A stretch of 64,000 nt of DNA from positions 39,223 to 103,222 of the IMG/VR virus record IMGVR_UViG_3300021426_000006. One strand, 5' to 3'. The position numbers and the translations under genes were made by a program. This document shows positions 43,142-53,000 of the stretch, piece by piece (the stretch's first letter is position 1; the number at the start of each line of letters is the position of its first letter). Under the pieces are notes generated by a model. The model was not told the origin of the DNA. It was given only the letters and a program-made list of their open reading frames with translations, and made no database searches. This DNA comes from a virus (Duplodnaviria; Caudoviricetes).

Positions 43142-43443
43142 TCTTAGCGTGTCCCAGGAGAAGCTGTTGGACGGCGGTTCGATTCCGCCCAGGTCCACGG
43201 ATACTGTTCGCTGGTCAGATGCCATAAATTCAAAACCAGCATAAGGGGGAGGACTAGGTGTAGGCTAAACATTGCGCATACCCCCAGTCAGGGCCTGACT
43301 GGATTAGACAGCAGTGGAAAGTAAGACAGTCGAAAGACAAGCGCTTTGATATAAATCTAAACGACAACAATAATGTTGTTGACTACACGGGCCTCAAGGA
43401 GGCAGCATGAAGTCGGTGTACAGGCTACCAAAGTGCCTGTGTC
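43142..43443 (+). ncRNA. ssrA: circularly permuted (two-piece) tmRNA
   Basis: The 3' piece (GCTGTTGGAC GGCGG-TTCGATT-CCGCC CAGGTCC A, ending 43197) lies upstream of the 5' piece (GGGCCTGACTGGATTAGACAGC, starting 43291); acceptor stem has G3.U70; tag frame 43363-43410 DNNNVVDYTGLKEAA*. Confidence 0.88.
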
Positions 43444-43498
43444 GAGTGAGTTAAACTGGGCGTATTGTACGCGCTGGGTTCGAATCCCAGACTCACTC
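43444..43498 (+). ncRNA. D-armless tRNA-like element
   Basis: GAGTGAGT/ACTCACTC stem, CTGGG-TTCGAAT-CCCAG T-arm, small GCGTA-TTG-TACGC hairpin. Confidence 0.6.
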
Positions 43499-43615
43499 CT
43501 ATGCGGATGGTAGCAGTACTGGCCAGACCTACCGTAAAGAAGCAAAACTGACGGACACATCTGCAGAAAGTTTCCACTTTTCTCCGGCCAGAGAAGTACG
43601 TATATGTGGAAACGA

Positions 43616-43686
43616 TGGACTATAGTGTAATGGTAACACACAAGATTTTGGTTCTTGTATTCTGAGTTCGAATCTCAGTGGTCCAA
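43616..43686 (+). tRNA. tRNA-Gln(TTG)
   Basis: TGGACTA/TGGTCCA acceptor; CAAGA-TT TTG GT-TCTTG; CTGAG-TTCGAAT-CTCAG. Confidence 0.92.
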
Positions 43687-43703
43687 CAAAATCATAAGCA
43701 AAT

Positions 43704-44201
43704 ATGGGAAAAACAACTGGATACAAAGGAATGCTACGGGACAGATGTCCAACAGTAGTAAATTATGCGCTTAAATGGCAAAAAGCTAAAGAGCGTTGGA
43801 TTGATCATGCTTATGCCAACTTCATAAAAATATACTGTGACAAAGAAGAAAGAAAAAATGCCACACGTATAATTCTAGGAATTGCAAAATTCTATAGAAA
43901 TTTTGATTTTGACAAAAGCATAGATTGGGAAAATTTGACACCTGAAGAAACTATTTATTGGAAAAGAGTATCTTCGTGGGTTGAATGGTTCATGAAAAAA
44001 TACGCATATATAGAAAATGCGTATAAAATCTCTCGACAAAATGGCAAGGATGAGTTCTCAATAAAAGTAGAAATTATCCAAGGTTATTTAAGCCAATTAT
44101 TACCAAAAGAAAATACAACTGAAAAAGAAAAACAAGCTTATTATGATTATGTAGATAAACTTGTAGATTTTCTAATCAATTGTTTTGAAAATCGTATCTA
44201 G
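43704..44201 (+). CDS. hypothetical protein (165 aa)
   Basis: Intact ORF; ends TAG. Confidence 0.75.
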   Translation: MGKTTGYKGMLRDRCPTVVNYALKWQKAKERWIDHAYANFIKIYCDKEERKNATRIILGIAKFYRNFDFDKSIDWENLTPEETIYWKRVSSWVEWFMKKYAYIENAYKISRQNGKDEFSIKVEIIQGYLSQLLPKENTTEKEKQAYYDYVDKLVDFLINCFENRI

Positions 44202-44214
44202 ATTAAAAGGGATT

Positions 44215-44589
44215 ATGCTCAATGTATTTTCCGATAGTAAGCTGAAGATGTCTGAACAAATTCAGGCACTTCAAAAATGTGCAGGCAGTAGTCATACAAG
44301 ATTATTGTTTGCTGGACCAGAAGATGAATCGTTATATATGCTAAAACCTGGCGTAATTGATATACTTGATTACATAAATCGAGCAATATTATTTCAGTTG
44401 CCAAGAGTAAAAAGCTGTTTCAATATTCAATGGATATTTGTCAGAATACGTATAGCTACAAACCTGCTCAACGCACAAGTAGATTCTGGAACCATGCCAA
44501 AAGAAATAGCAATAGCGTATCATGAACGGATGACATCACGAATAAGGGAAATTCTTGGAAAAATATATACTGAGGATTTACCTTTTTAG
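44215..44589 (+). CDS. hypothetical protein with SSB-like tail (TEDLPF)
   Basis: Likely ATG 44215; ends TAG. Confidence 0.65.
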   Translation: MLNVFSDSKLKMSEQIQALQKCAGSSHTRLLFAGPEDESLYMLKPGVIDILDYINRAILFQLPRVKSCFNIQWIFVRIRIATNLLNAQVDSGTMPKEIAIAYHERMTSRIREILGKIYTEDLPF

Positions 44590-44715
44590 CCCTGAAAACC
44601 TAATCTGGATTGGTATTCCAGCAGGGCACAATACAGCTAGTGTCTGTTATATCTCGGAAGAGGTTAATAACCACTCGGTAGTGTACTCTATCGTTACTTT
44701 TTTATTTGTTTGATT

Positions 44716-45273
44716 ATGAAATCTCCAAGAATAACATCTGAAGAGGTTGGGATAATCAAAAGAGCTCAAGCAGGTGATGAATCTGCTTTTAATGCACTAT
44801 TCTATCGCTACAAAGGATTCGTAGAAAATCTACTATTCCAGTACATAAAAGATATGGACGAAGCGAAAGACGTGACGAACATTGTGTTCCTCAAAGTGCA
44901 TGATAAACTCTCAATGTTCACAGCTTATGAATCTTTTGGAGGATGGCTGCGAATACTAACAAATCGAACTGCAATCGATTATTTACGAGAAATGAAAAAC
45001 AAAAGCACAGTGCTTGGAGATTCTGATAGTAGACTGCCATCAGATGAAACAAGTGGATCTGCAGAAGACGATCTAGTCAATCGTATGACGTATGATCAAA
45101 TACTAGCTGAGTTTGACAAGTTTCCTGAAACCACTTGTAAGGTTTCAAAACTATTCTATGTGAATAATATGACTGTAGAACAGATTAGTGAAAAGCTGAA
45201 TGTCCCAACTGGAACTATTAAGTCAATGTTATCAAGGACACGACGCAAGATTAAAAAAAAGTTAAATATTTAA
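44716..45273 (+). CDS. ECF-type RNA polymerase sigma factor
   Basis: AQAGDESAFNALF, DEAKDV, region 2 FGGWLRILTNRTAIDYLR, region 4 EQISEKLNVPTGTIKSMLSRTR. Confidence 0.9.
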   Translation: MKSPRITSEEVGIIKRAQAGDESAFNALFYRYKGFVENLLFQYIKDMDEAKDVTNIVFLKVHDKLSMFTAYESFGGWLRILTNRTAIDYLREMKNKSTVLGDSDSRLPSDETSGSAEDDLVNRMTYDQILAEFDKFPETTCKVSKLFYVNNMTVEQISEKLNVPTGTIKSMLSRTRRKIKKKLNI

Positions 45274-45278
45274 AAAAG

Positions 45279-45671
45279 ATGGTCTTACTCTGGTTTATTC
45301 TTGGAATACTTTTGATTTTCGCTATAGCCCGCTATAACGAAAGCAACATGTTATTCTGGACACTTCTGTTTTCCCTTATTATAGGGTTTGCAGGTGCCAA
45401 GATGATGTTAGACATCAATCATGGCAATGAACAAAAGAGTAATATCAGCAACGTTCAGGCAAACCCCACACAGGTTCCAACGACTCCGCTAAGTGCAATA
45501 TTATATTGCGCAACAGAGGAATTAGTTGAATCGAATAATGTGGTGACAGCACAAAAACCTGTGGGTCAGGGTATAATGCCTGCTGCAAACGAAACTGATG
45601 TTATTCTTAGTGAGATCTTCGGGAGGACCCGAGATCAACCACAAATTAAAAAGTTCTTTAACACATCGTGA
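45279..45671 (+). CDS. membrane protein with two N-terminal TM helices
   Basis: Two hydrophobic segments; directly follows the sigma gene. Confidence 0.75.
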   Translation: MVLLWFILGILLIFAIARYNESNMLFWTLLFSLIIGFAGAKMMLDINHGNEQKSNISNVQANPTQVPTTPLSAILYCATEELVESNNVVTAQKPVGQGIMPAANETDVILSEIFGRTRDQPQIKKFFNTS

Positions 45672-45749
45672 ATACTAATGAACTTTAAAACGGCATACAG
45701 TATTGTAGTCTAGCCAGCTACTAGTATTAATTTTTAACCTATTATCAAA

Positions 45750-47180
45750 ATGGGAAAGAACAAAACCGCTGCAAAGAGTGCAGCACAGGCAGCAGCACAG
45801 CAGGCTGCTCCATCTAACAAGACTAATAAGCAGGAGACTGCTGATAAGTCACAAGTTGCAGTAATTCAGTTAGGAGATCTTGACAAGTTGGCTCAAGCAC
45901 GGGCTCTTTCTGGTCTTGATCCAAATCACACTGTAGACCTGTTGAAGATGATGCACGAAACGTATCGTACAGATCCTAACGCAGCTACAAAGCTTAACAT
46001 TTCACAGGAAACTGTTGATAAGATCAACAGAATTACTGCTATTGGTCAAGTTGCAGTTCTGACCAATGAAATTATGATTGCACAGACGCCGTTTGCAATA
46101 TCAATGCGCGTAAATCAGCTCGAAGCACTCAAGGAGGTAGCTCCTATGGTCGGTGTTGTTATCGACACAACAAAGGCTTTGCCTTCACCGAGTGCAGAAG
46201 GTGTTGTAGAACTGCCCAGTACAGCAGTTAAGATTTCTAAGGAGTCTCAAGAGACTTTGAAGAAAGAACAGGCTGCGGCAAAGGAAAAGGTAGAACTCGA
46301 TCCTACAAAGATCGAGAATGTAGAGGAATTGAAGAAATCTCTCCTGAACATCCTGGTAAAGGGTAACGGAAGCGAAGGTCTTTATGACAAGCTTTCTACG
46401 GCTGTCAACTTCTACAAAGCATACCTTGACATAAATGCGGGCAAGGAGAAGGATCCTGAAGCTGCTCGTAAGGCAATTGAATCCAAAAGTCGCGTTGATC
46501 TTTTGTCTGAAATTGCTGATATGCTGGGTAAGTGTACCTTCACCCTTGGCGGTGTTTCCAAGTTCATGTTCGAAAGCACTCAGCGTACGAAGAGCCCTGT
46601 TACAGCCTTCTGTACCCTCCGAGAGGCAAGTTTGAACAAGAAGACTGGTATGCCTCAAATAGAGGACCAGATGGTGGCTGATATTGTCAAGGTTCTTCAT
46701 CGTTGGCACGCCAATACAGAAATTGCGGCAACCAACGAAGCCATTAAGGGTTTCGAGAGAGACATTGAGATCTTGAAGAAGGACGAGAAGAAGAACGCCA
46801 AAGGCATTGAAGACGGTAAGAAGAAGATTGAGAACGCCAAGAACCACATCAAGGAGATTGAACAGGTTGTAAACTATGTCAACCTTCCTGATCGCGAAAC
46901 CGTAGACAACTTCTCGACCAACTACACCGATAACAAGGCAGAAGGCTTTAAGTTAGCCCGTATGACAGGATCTAAGATTCTGGATACGTACTTCAAGGGT
47001 ATCGATGTATCGAAGATCAAGAAGGAGAGCTTGGTGCACAATCTTCAGCAATATGTTGGAGTGATTACCAACATGTTCTTGCCGCCGCTTAACCGGATTG
47101 AAGATTACAGTGAAGCAAACATCACTGAATTCGAGATGGTTGAGGCCGAGGATAACAACTCTTCTGAAAAAAACGAGTAA
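45750..47180 (+). CDS. hypothetical protein (476 aa) with coiled coil
   Basis: Long intact ORF with TTATCAAAATG leader. Confidence 0.85.
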   Translation: MGKNKTAAKSAAQAAAQQAAPSNKTNKQETADKSQVAVIQLGDLDKLAQARALSGLDPNHTVDLLKMMHETYRTDPNAATKLNISQETVDKINRITAIGQVAVLTNEIMIAQTPFAISMRVNQLEALKEVAPMVGVVIDTTKALPSPSAEGVVELPSTAVKISKESQETLKKEQAAAKEKVELDPTKIENVEELKKSLLNILVKGNGSEGLYDKLSTAVNFYKAYLDINAGKEKDPEAARKAIESKSRVDLLSEIADMLGKCTFTLGGVSKFMFESTQRTKSPVTAFCTLREASLNKKTGMPQIEDQMVADIVKVLHRWHANTEIAATNEAIKGFERDIEILKKDEKKNAKGIEDGKKKIENAKNHIKEIEQVVNYVNLPDRETVDNFSTNYTDNKAEGFKLARMTGSKILDTYFKGIDVSKIKKESLVHNLQQYVGVITNMFLPPLNRIEDYSEANITEFEMVEAEDNNSSEKNE

Positions 47181-47305
47181 AGGTCAGTGAATACAAGCCG
47201 AACTTCATTGGCCGACTGCGCGACAAATGGCACGATTATGTGTCAGTTGAAGTAATAAGATTAAAACGGCAACTCGGTTATAAACTTATCAAGTAGTATC
47301 AAACT

Positions 47306-47803
47306 ATGAGAAAAGTAACAACTGTTCTGTGCAGTATAGCTTTCATGATTTCTGGAATCATGATGGCTATAACTGCCTCAGATCCGTCACCTGGTAACAG
47401 TTATAAAACTGTCAACGCAGCAACAATTCAACAGATGTATATTCCTACATTTCCAGAGTTGAAAGCTGACACAGGTAGGATCGATTTATCCGAGGATCTC
47501 TTGCGAGACCTCGCCAAGAAAAAAGGAGTTCTGGATACTGTCTATATCACCAAGACAGACACCATTAAAGAACAGGTAACTAAGGTGAAGTGGCGTAGGA
47601 ATCCTGCTCCTGCGTCAGTAGTAAAAAGAGACACCATCCAGGTGCCCGTTTACTATCTAGCAACACAGGTAGAGATAAAGGAAGACTCTATGGGTCAATG
47701 CATACCAGTTTACGAATTGCGCAAAGTAGATGAATTATGCACCGAAACAAAAACTTCCTCTGTAGAGGGCACCAACGAGTGTCACATTAAGGGAGACGAC
47801 TGA
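47306..47803 (+). CDS. secreted or membrane-anchored hypothetical protein
   Basis: N-terminal signal-like segment; DTVY/DTI low-complexity motifs. Confidence 0.75.
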   Translation: MRKVTTVLCSIAFMISGIMMAITASDPSPGNSYKTVNAATIQQMYIPTFPELKADTGRIDLSEDLLRDLAKKKGVLDTVYITKTDTIKEQVTKVKWRRNPAPASVVKRDTIQVPVYYLATQVEIKEDSMGQCIPVYELRKVDELCTETKTSSVEGTNECHIKGDD

Positions 47804-47819
47804 GCTTTGAGCTCGGTCT

Positions 47820-50120
47820 CCCTTAAAACAGGTAAGCACATTTCAGGTGGGTCTCATTAGCCCAGGTGCGAATAGTACAACTTGATCCGAGAATATGTTA
47901 GCCTTCTCAAAAGGTGAGAAACTCAAAAGGTAGGATGAAATGCTGTAAGTTCTATGCGTACTACATAGTAGAAAAGCTTATAGTAAGAGGGTAAAGTGCA
48001 TGTATCAAACCCTTCGATCCACGAGAACCGTCTGGAGGTGGAATAATCGTAAAAGGCACATAAGTCTCAAGAAGAGCAAAACTGAACCGTATCGATAGAT
48101 CTACATTCAAGGATACATAGAGGTAGAATAACGAAACACGAGTTGAAACCATCTATATGCTAATCGAGTAGAAGTAATTCTTACCTAAAAGAATTATTAC
48201 CGTGACAGCACATGGCATGACTGTCGGACTGGCAATCCTTTGCGGTATAACCGTAACGCAAAGCCAAAAATAGATGGGATGTATCAACACAATAGCTGTA
48301 GGATGGTGCTTCAAGAAATCCAAGTCTTGTGTAAGAGTCCGAAAAACTACAAAATGATAGCAAGATGATATGAAAATTAGCAACCTTTTGACAAAATACA
48401 TAATGATTAGTATTTGGGAAAGGGTCTGGGAATGAGGTGGATGCTGAATTATATCGTGAGGGGTATACTCACGAGGCGTACCGTAACTACGTCGCATTGA
48501 AGTCCTTGCCGTTCGATTCGAGGATATTTTCAAAAGAGCTTGTGAAAGTAAAGTGACCGCCAGGCCTTTGTCGTTCATGCGGTATATAAAAGTAGAATGA
48601 CCACCGGGGTAGGGCAGCCCCCGAGTTCCTGAGAAGGTTCTATTAAACTGGAGGATGCGCGAGTGAAGTCCGCGATGAAAGACTATTCTAAACACAAACA
48701 TGCTGGTAAGCGAGCAATGAGAGTGATAAATCAAATGTTAGCAAGAGAAAATGCTACTAACATTATAGTATGTCTGCTAGAAAGACAAAAAATCTTAATT
48801 GTGGATGCAATCACAATTTTGGTGGTCGATCGGAAGAGTATACACACCAGTATATTTGGATGTCGCTATCAATTTAAAGACGGATAATAGTTCGAAGGTT
48901 TGTCTGTAAGAACTTAGCTGCGTAGTCCCTAAGGTTGGATCTATATACTACGTGCGAACCCTTACTTTCAATTTAGATACTTCTTACAAAAATAAGTCGA
49001 TAATAAAATAGAGAGAATTAACATGTTTAACAAAAATTGATGTCCCCCGATAGCCGTAATAAAAGAAAAAAGTGTGGAAGACTTTAGCTCCCGTTGTATG
49101 GGAAGCAGGTGAGGTCGGGAAGTTCGAGTGCCAACCGTTTCTGAGAAGCAAATAGACAGAATACGAAACGAAACGAAATATAGACAGCAAATCTATATGG
49201 GTGGAAAGTATAAAGTTATATACATTGACGATGCAAGGCAGCTCTAATACAATCTCGAGGTTGTATGAATCCGTAGCCAATTAAACGCAGTGATTAATCG
49301 TATGCGGGTCGTAAGACGCCACGCCTCACTGTCTCTGAGGATTGTGGTAAGCAAGGAAGAGTGGGTGATAAATCTAAATGTATGAGGTGAAATTCCTCCA
49401 GTATTCGAGCACTATAAACAAATGAGGCAAGCACTTGCCAAAAGAAGAAAACAAGCCGTAGGGTCGACGCACTGACACGTCATAAGGACCGTTCGATAAA
49501 GAAACGCACTCCTCGCGTAAAACAATAGTTCTGGAGCTATTGAAACAGGAAACAAGCACGTTTTGTATGTAAGCTGTTAGGCTTGATAAATAATCAGAAA
49601 ACATACAAGTAGTAGATTCACTTTTGTTCGGAAAATACACTAGCGAAGATATTACAAAAATTTTGTGGGGTCCTACGAGCACTAGTTGCGTAAGCAAAAT
49701 TCTGCCAACGGACAAAAAGACACTGGGTTTAGTAAGAAATGAAAGTATTCAGTGCATATTGAAGTATAAATCAATATAAAATTACAATATGAAAGTACTT
49801 GAATGTACAACAACAAAGTTTGCAGTTTTACTTAAATTAGAAGAGTCTTCTGATGATGGGCACGGATGATCCTACCGTTGGATCCCCCTTAAACACTCGA
49901 GTAGGGTTTAAGTAGCCAGAATGAACACTAATGAAAGAAAACAAAAACATTCCTCTCGTAAGCACGGATAAATGATGCGAAAGAATATTCATACAATAAG
50001 ATTAGTTTACGTTGAGCCTTAGAGCCTGTAGACTTTATCTACAAAATGGTTCACCTTCCGCCACAGAAGTGAAGGACAGTAATTAATCTTATCGTTGGTG
50101 GATCAACCACGATATCAAAA
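47820..50120 (+). ncRNA. 2.3-kb ORF-free structured tract, candidate large ncRNA(s)
   Basis: Longest plus-strand track ORF is 74 aa; many short helices; A-rich linkers on plus; the strand is inferred. Confidence 0.55.
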
Positions 50121-50133
50121 AGGATAAGAAAAA

Positions 50134-50781
50134 ATGATCGACGTTAATGTAGAAAGCAAAATTTCTAAAAATTGCCAAATGATTAGTCAGTTTGGCTCTC
50201 GCCTCGGTACACAATTTTATAAGGCAGAAGGCCGTGAAGTATGGCAGGGCGGTAAAGACGGTTTTGAGAACGACAAGAAGGCCATTGCAAATGGTGAAAG
50301 TCAGGCGTTTATCCTGAATCGTTCTCCGCGTAAGTTCCTCGCAAAGAGTCATCGTATCACCGGTACTCAGATCGTAAAGGACGAAATCACCGGTGATGTA
50401 GTAGTTCTGGTAAATCCCGACGGAAAGGGAGGTTACGACTTGTGTCTCCCTATAACGAATGATTTGATTCGTGTAGGTGTCGTGACTCAGGAGGCTGTTG
50501 CCAAGGCTCTTAAGGGAGACGATAACAGCTTCTTCCTCAATGCAGACAATCTTGTTAAGATTCTGAATCATGCCAATGAGGCTGAAGTTCGTAACCTTAC
50601 GGAGCTTCGTGGCCGTATCGACAAGATGATTCAGAATATTCAGGCCGGTATTGCTGAGAACAAGCAGAAGGCTGAGCTCGCAAGCAAGGAGTGGACTGAC
50701 TCCGCAATCAGTCCAGATCTTAGCGATGTAATTAACCACACTGCCACCGGCGTGATTGTGACAAAGTCTTCTGAAGAGTAA
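50134..50781 (+). CDS. hypothetical protein (215 aa)
   Basis: Intact ORF with C-terminal coiled coil. Confidence 0.8.
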   Translation: MIDVNVESKISKNCQMISQFGSRLGTQFYKAEGREVWQGGKDGFENDKKAIANGESQAFILNRSPRKFLAKSHRITGTQIVKDEITGDVVVLVNPDGKGGYDLCLPITNDLIRVGVVTQEAVAKALKGDDNSFFLNADNLVKILNHANEAEVRNLTELRGRIDKMIQNIQAGIAENKQKAELASKEWTDSAISPDLSDVINHTATGVIVTKSSEE

Positions 50782-50783
50782 TC

Positions 50784-51383
50784 ATGAATACAAAGTCCCT
50801 TACTCCAAATTCAATCTCATTGATGCATTATTTAATGCAAAATGAGACGATAGCCAATAAAGTTAAGGCTGCTGGAAAAGAGGGCAAACAGTATGCAATT
50901 TATACGATTGAGGATGATGGAAGTATAATACTTGGCGAAACCAAACATAAGTTTTGGAATCAGCTCATAGGATGTAAATTTGTACTTACATTTGAATCAT
51001 TCGCTACTTGTGTATGGGATGCTCTTGTGGACTTAGCTACAGGTGGCAATCAGGAGGCTCTTCTCCAGGGCCTCAGTAAGGAAGTGTTAGAGAAAGCACA
51101 GCGTGAGAAGGAGTACAACTGGGTCGTTGAAAGATTGGTAGATTGTTTCCGTCATGTATGTAACAATAAAGGTGTCGAGTCGCGTTCCGAGGGACGCTCT
51201 GGGAAGTCTGGCCAGAAGATAGATACTGAAAGAGTTGTAGTACGTGACCGAAATAATTCGCCGGTCGAAATCAATGTTAATATTGGAAACAAACGACGCA
51301 CATTTAGCTTTCCTGACGCAACAGGACAAGCAGATCTTGTTTTAGAAATGGGAGTAGTTGGAGTAACTTGCGAACAGCACTAA
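50784..51383 (+). CDS. hypothetical protein (199 aa)
   Basis: Intact ORF. Confidence 0.8.
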   Translation: MNTKSLTPNSISLMHYLMQNETIANKVKAAGKEGKQYAIYTIEDDGSIILGETKHKFWNQLIGCKFVLTFESFATCVWDALVDLATGGNQEALLQGLSKEVLEKAQREKEYNWVVERLVDCFRHVCNNKGVESRSEGRSGKSGQKIDTERVVVRDRNNSPVEINVNIGNKRRTFSFPDATGQADLVLEMGVVGVTCEQH

Positions 51384-51570
51384 TCGGTTGTGATGCAACT
51401 TGTTTAGACTCCTGAGGGAAATCTAAACGCCTAGTGTTAATTCAATAGTGAAAAACAAAACTATTCTTTAACAAGAACTGTAAAAAAACAAATATATCCT
51501 ATATAGTTATCGAGGTAACTGGGGGGAGAGTTTCGAGGAACTCTCTCCCCGAGGATAATTCTTTAAGCCT

Positions 51571-51765
51571 ATGAAATTGAAAGAATACATCGAAATCCTT
51601 CAGACATTTGATCCAAATGTAGAAGTTCTGAAACAGGAGAAAAAGCAACATGGTCGTAAAATTCTAATTCCGTTAGAAAAACGCGACATTATTCCACCAC
51701 ATGTTCATTTTAAGTACAATAGTACTACAGGACATGAAACTCTCGTAGACTCATTTGTAGTCTAA
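51571..51765 (+). CDS. hypothetical protein (64 aa)
   Basis: MKLKEYIEILQTFDPN; follows the GC hairpin at 51521-51550. Confidence 0.65.
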   Translation: MKLKEYIEILQTFDPNVEVLKQEKKQHGRKILIPLEKRDIIPPHVHFKYNSTTGHETLVDSFVV

Positions 51766-51855
51766 ATTTACACGGGTGTGATTCCCATGTAAATTACTAG
51801 TAGGTATCTCGAATTCGCTTAAACTGAGTATTAACTAAAATCAAATGTTTTATAT

Positions 51856-52395
51856 ATGACAAAATCAATTAAGCTGAATTCAGGTAAAATCATCAACATT
51901 CGTAAGGATATTGATGCAAAGAAGAAAAAATACTGGAAGATCATTCGTACCACAAACTTGCTTTCTAAGAAAGAGGTATCGAATGGATTCCGTACCCATG
52001 ATCTGAAGACTCTCTATAATGAGATAACTCAGATGGCGGAGAAGCTTGTGCTTGTTAAAGGTATGCTGTTTTACCTTAATATGGGTATAACAACATTTGA
52101 CAAAGAGGCTTTTAAAAAGACAAACAACTATAGTATTTTTATGGCATGCGAGATGAAGGAGATTATTGCACAGTTGAAGATGGTGCCTACTCTTGATCCC
52201 AAGACTAAGTCTCAGAAAGGTCTAAAGGCTATTGGTAAGGATGAAGTGTTTACATCGGCAAAGATTGCTGCATTGATTAAAGATCTCCAGCTAAAGGCTA
52301 ATAAGTTTGATGCTGCAATGGAAAAGTTCAATAACGAAACAGAAATTGATATTACTTCTATTTCTGATGAGTTCAAGGAAGATCTCACAGCGTAA
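51856..52395 (+). CDS. hypothetical basic helical protein (179 aa)
   Basis: Intact ORF. Confidence 0.8.
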   Translation: MTKSIKLNSGKIINIRKDIDAKKKKYWKIIRTTNLLSKKEVSNGFRTHDLKTLYNEITQMAEKLVLVKGMLFYLNMGITTFDKEAFKKTNNYSIFMACEMKEIIAQLKMVPTLDPKTKSQKGLKAIGKDEVFTSAKIAALIKDLQLKANKFDAAMEKFNNETEIDITSISDEFKEDLTA

Positions 52396-52405
52396 AAATA
52401 GTATA

Positions 52406-52450
52406 GATCAGATATGTAGGTATGTACTAGGATCGTTCCCTAGCTGATCA
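52406..52450 (+). ncRNA. tRNA-like minihelix
   Basis: GATCAG/CTGATC stem stacked on CTAGG-ATCGTTC-CCTAG. Confidence 0.5.
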
Positions 52451-52594
52451 CATGAATAATTTCGAAAAATTCTGTAAAGAAAAAGTAGAAGAAGCGAGAC
52501 GTCGCTACTTCGAAGTTAGGCAAGCTGAAATGTTACTTGCATGGAAAAATCGCTTAAAGCGAAAGTAATTAACCACTCTAAAACCGTTATCAAA

Positions 52595-52975
52595 ATGGAA
52601 AAAGAAGAAAAGATCGTAAAGGTGTACTCAAACAATAGCAAAAAAGCACGCCTAAAGCGACGCAAAAATAAATTTCAACGTATTTGGGACGCTGAAAAGC
52701 AAACTTATGTGAAAGTACGTAAGGCAAAATACCCAGTCTACCCAAAGAAACAGAAGAAAGACTGGAGAGAAGTTGATAAATCTTCTTCGATAGAACGTCG
52801 CCGTAAGTCTACAAAAAAGATCAAGAGTGCACCGGTAATTGCAACTAAGCAAGAACCCGAAGTAAAACAGCAAGTTCGTAAAGAACCTGCACGCGTAAAA
52901 GCAACCACCGTAAGAATAAACGGTGTGAAGCATACGTGGGATAGTAAAACGTTGCGTTATAAAGTAGCAGCATAG
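52595..52975 (+). CDS. very basic protein ending KVAA
   Basis: Start placed at the TTATCAAAATG leader; ends TAG. Confidence 0.75.
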   Translation: MEKEEKIVKVYSNNSKKARLKRRKNKFQRIWDAEKQTYVKVRKAKYPVYPKKQKKDWREVDKSSSIERRRKSTKKIKSAPVIATKQEPEVKQQVRKEPARVKATTVRINGVKHTWDSKTLRYKVAA

Positions 52976-53000
52976 TATTAACTTTTAAATCATTATCAAA

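Noticed and set aside
48655-48680. GAGTGAAGTCCGCG resembling the RNase P RNA GAGGAAAGUCC motif
   Set aside because: Only a partial match, and I could not find the complementary 3' P4 strand.
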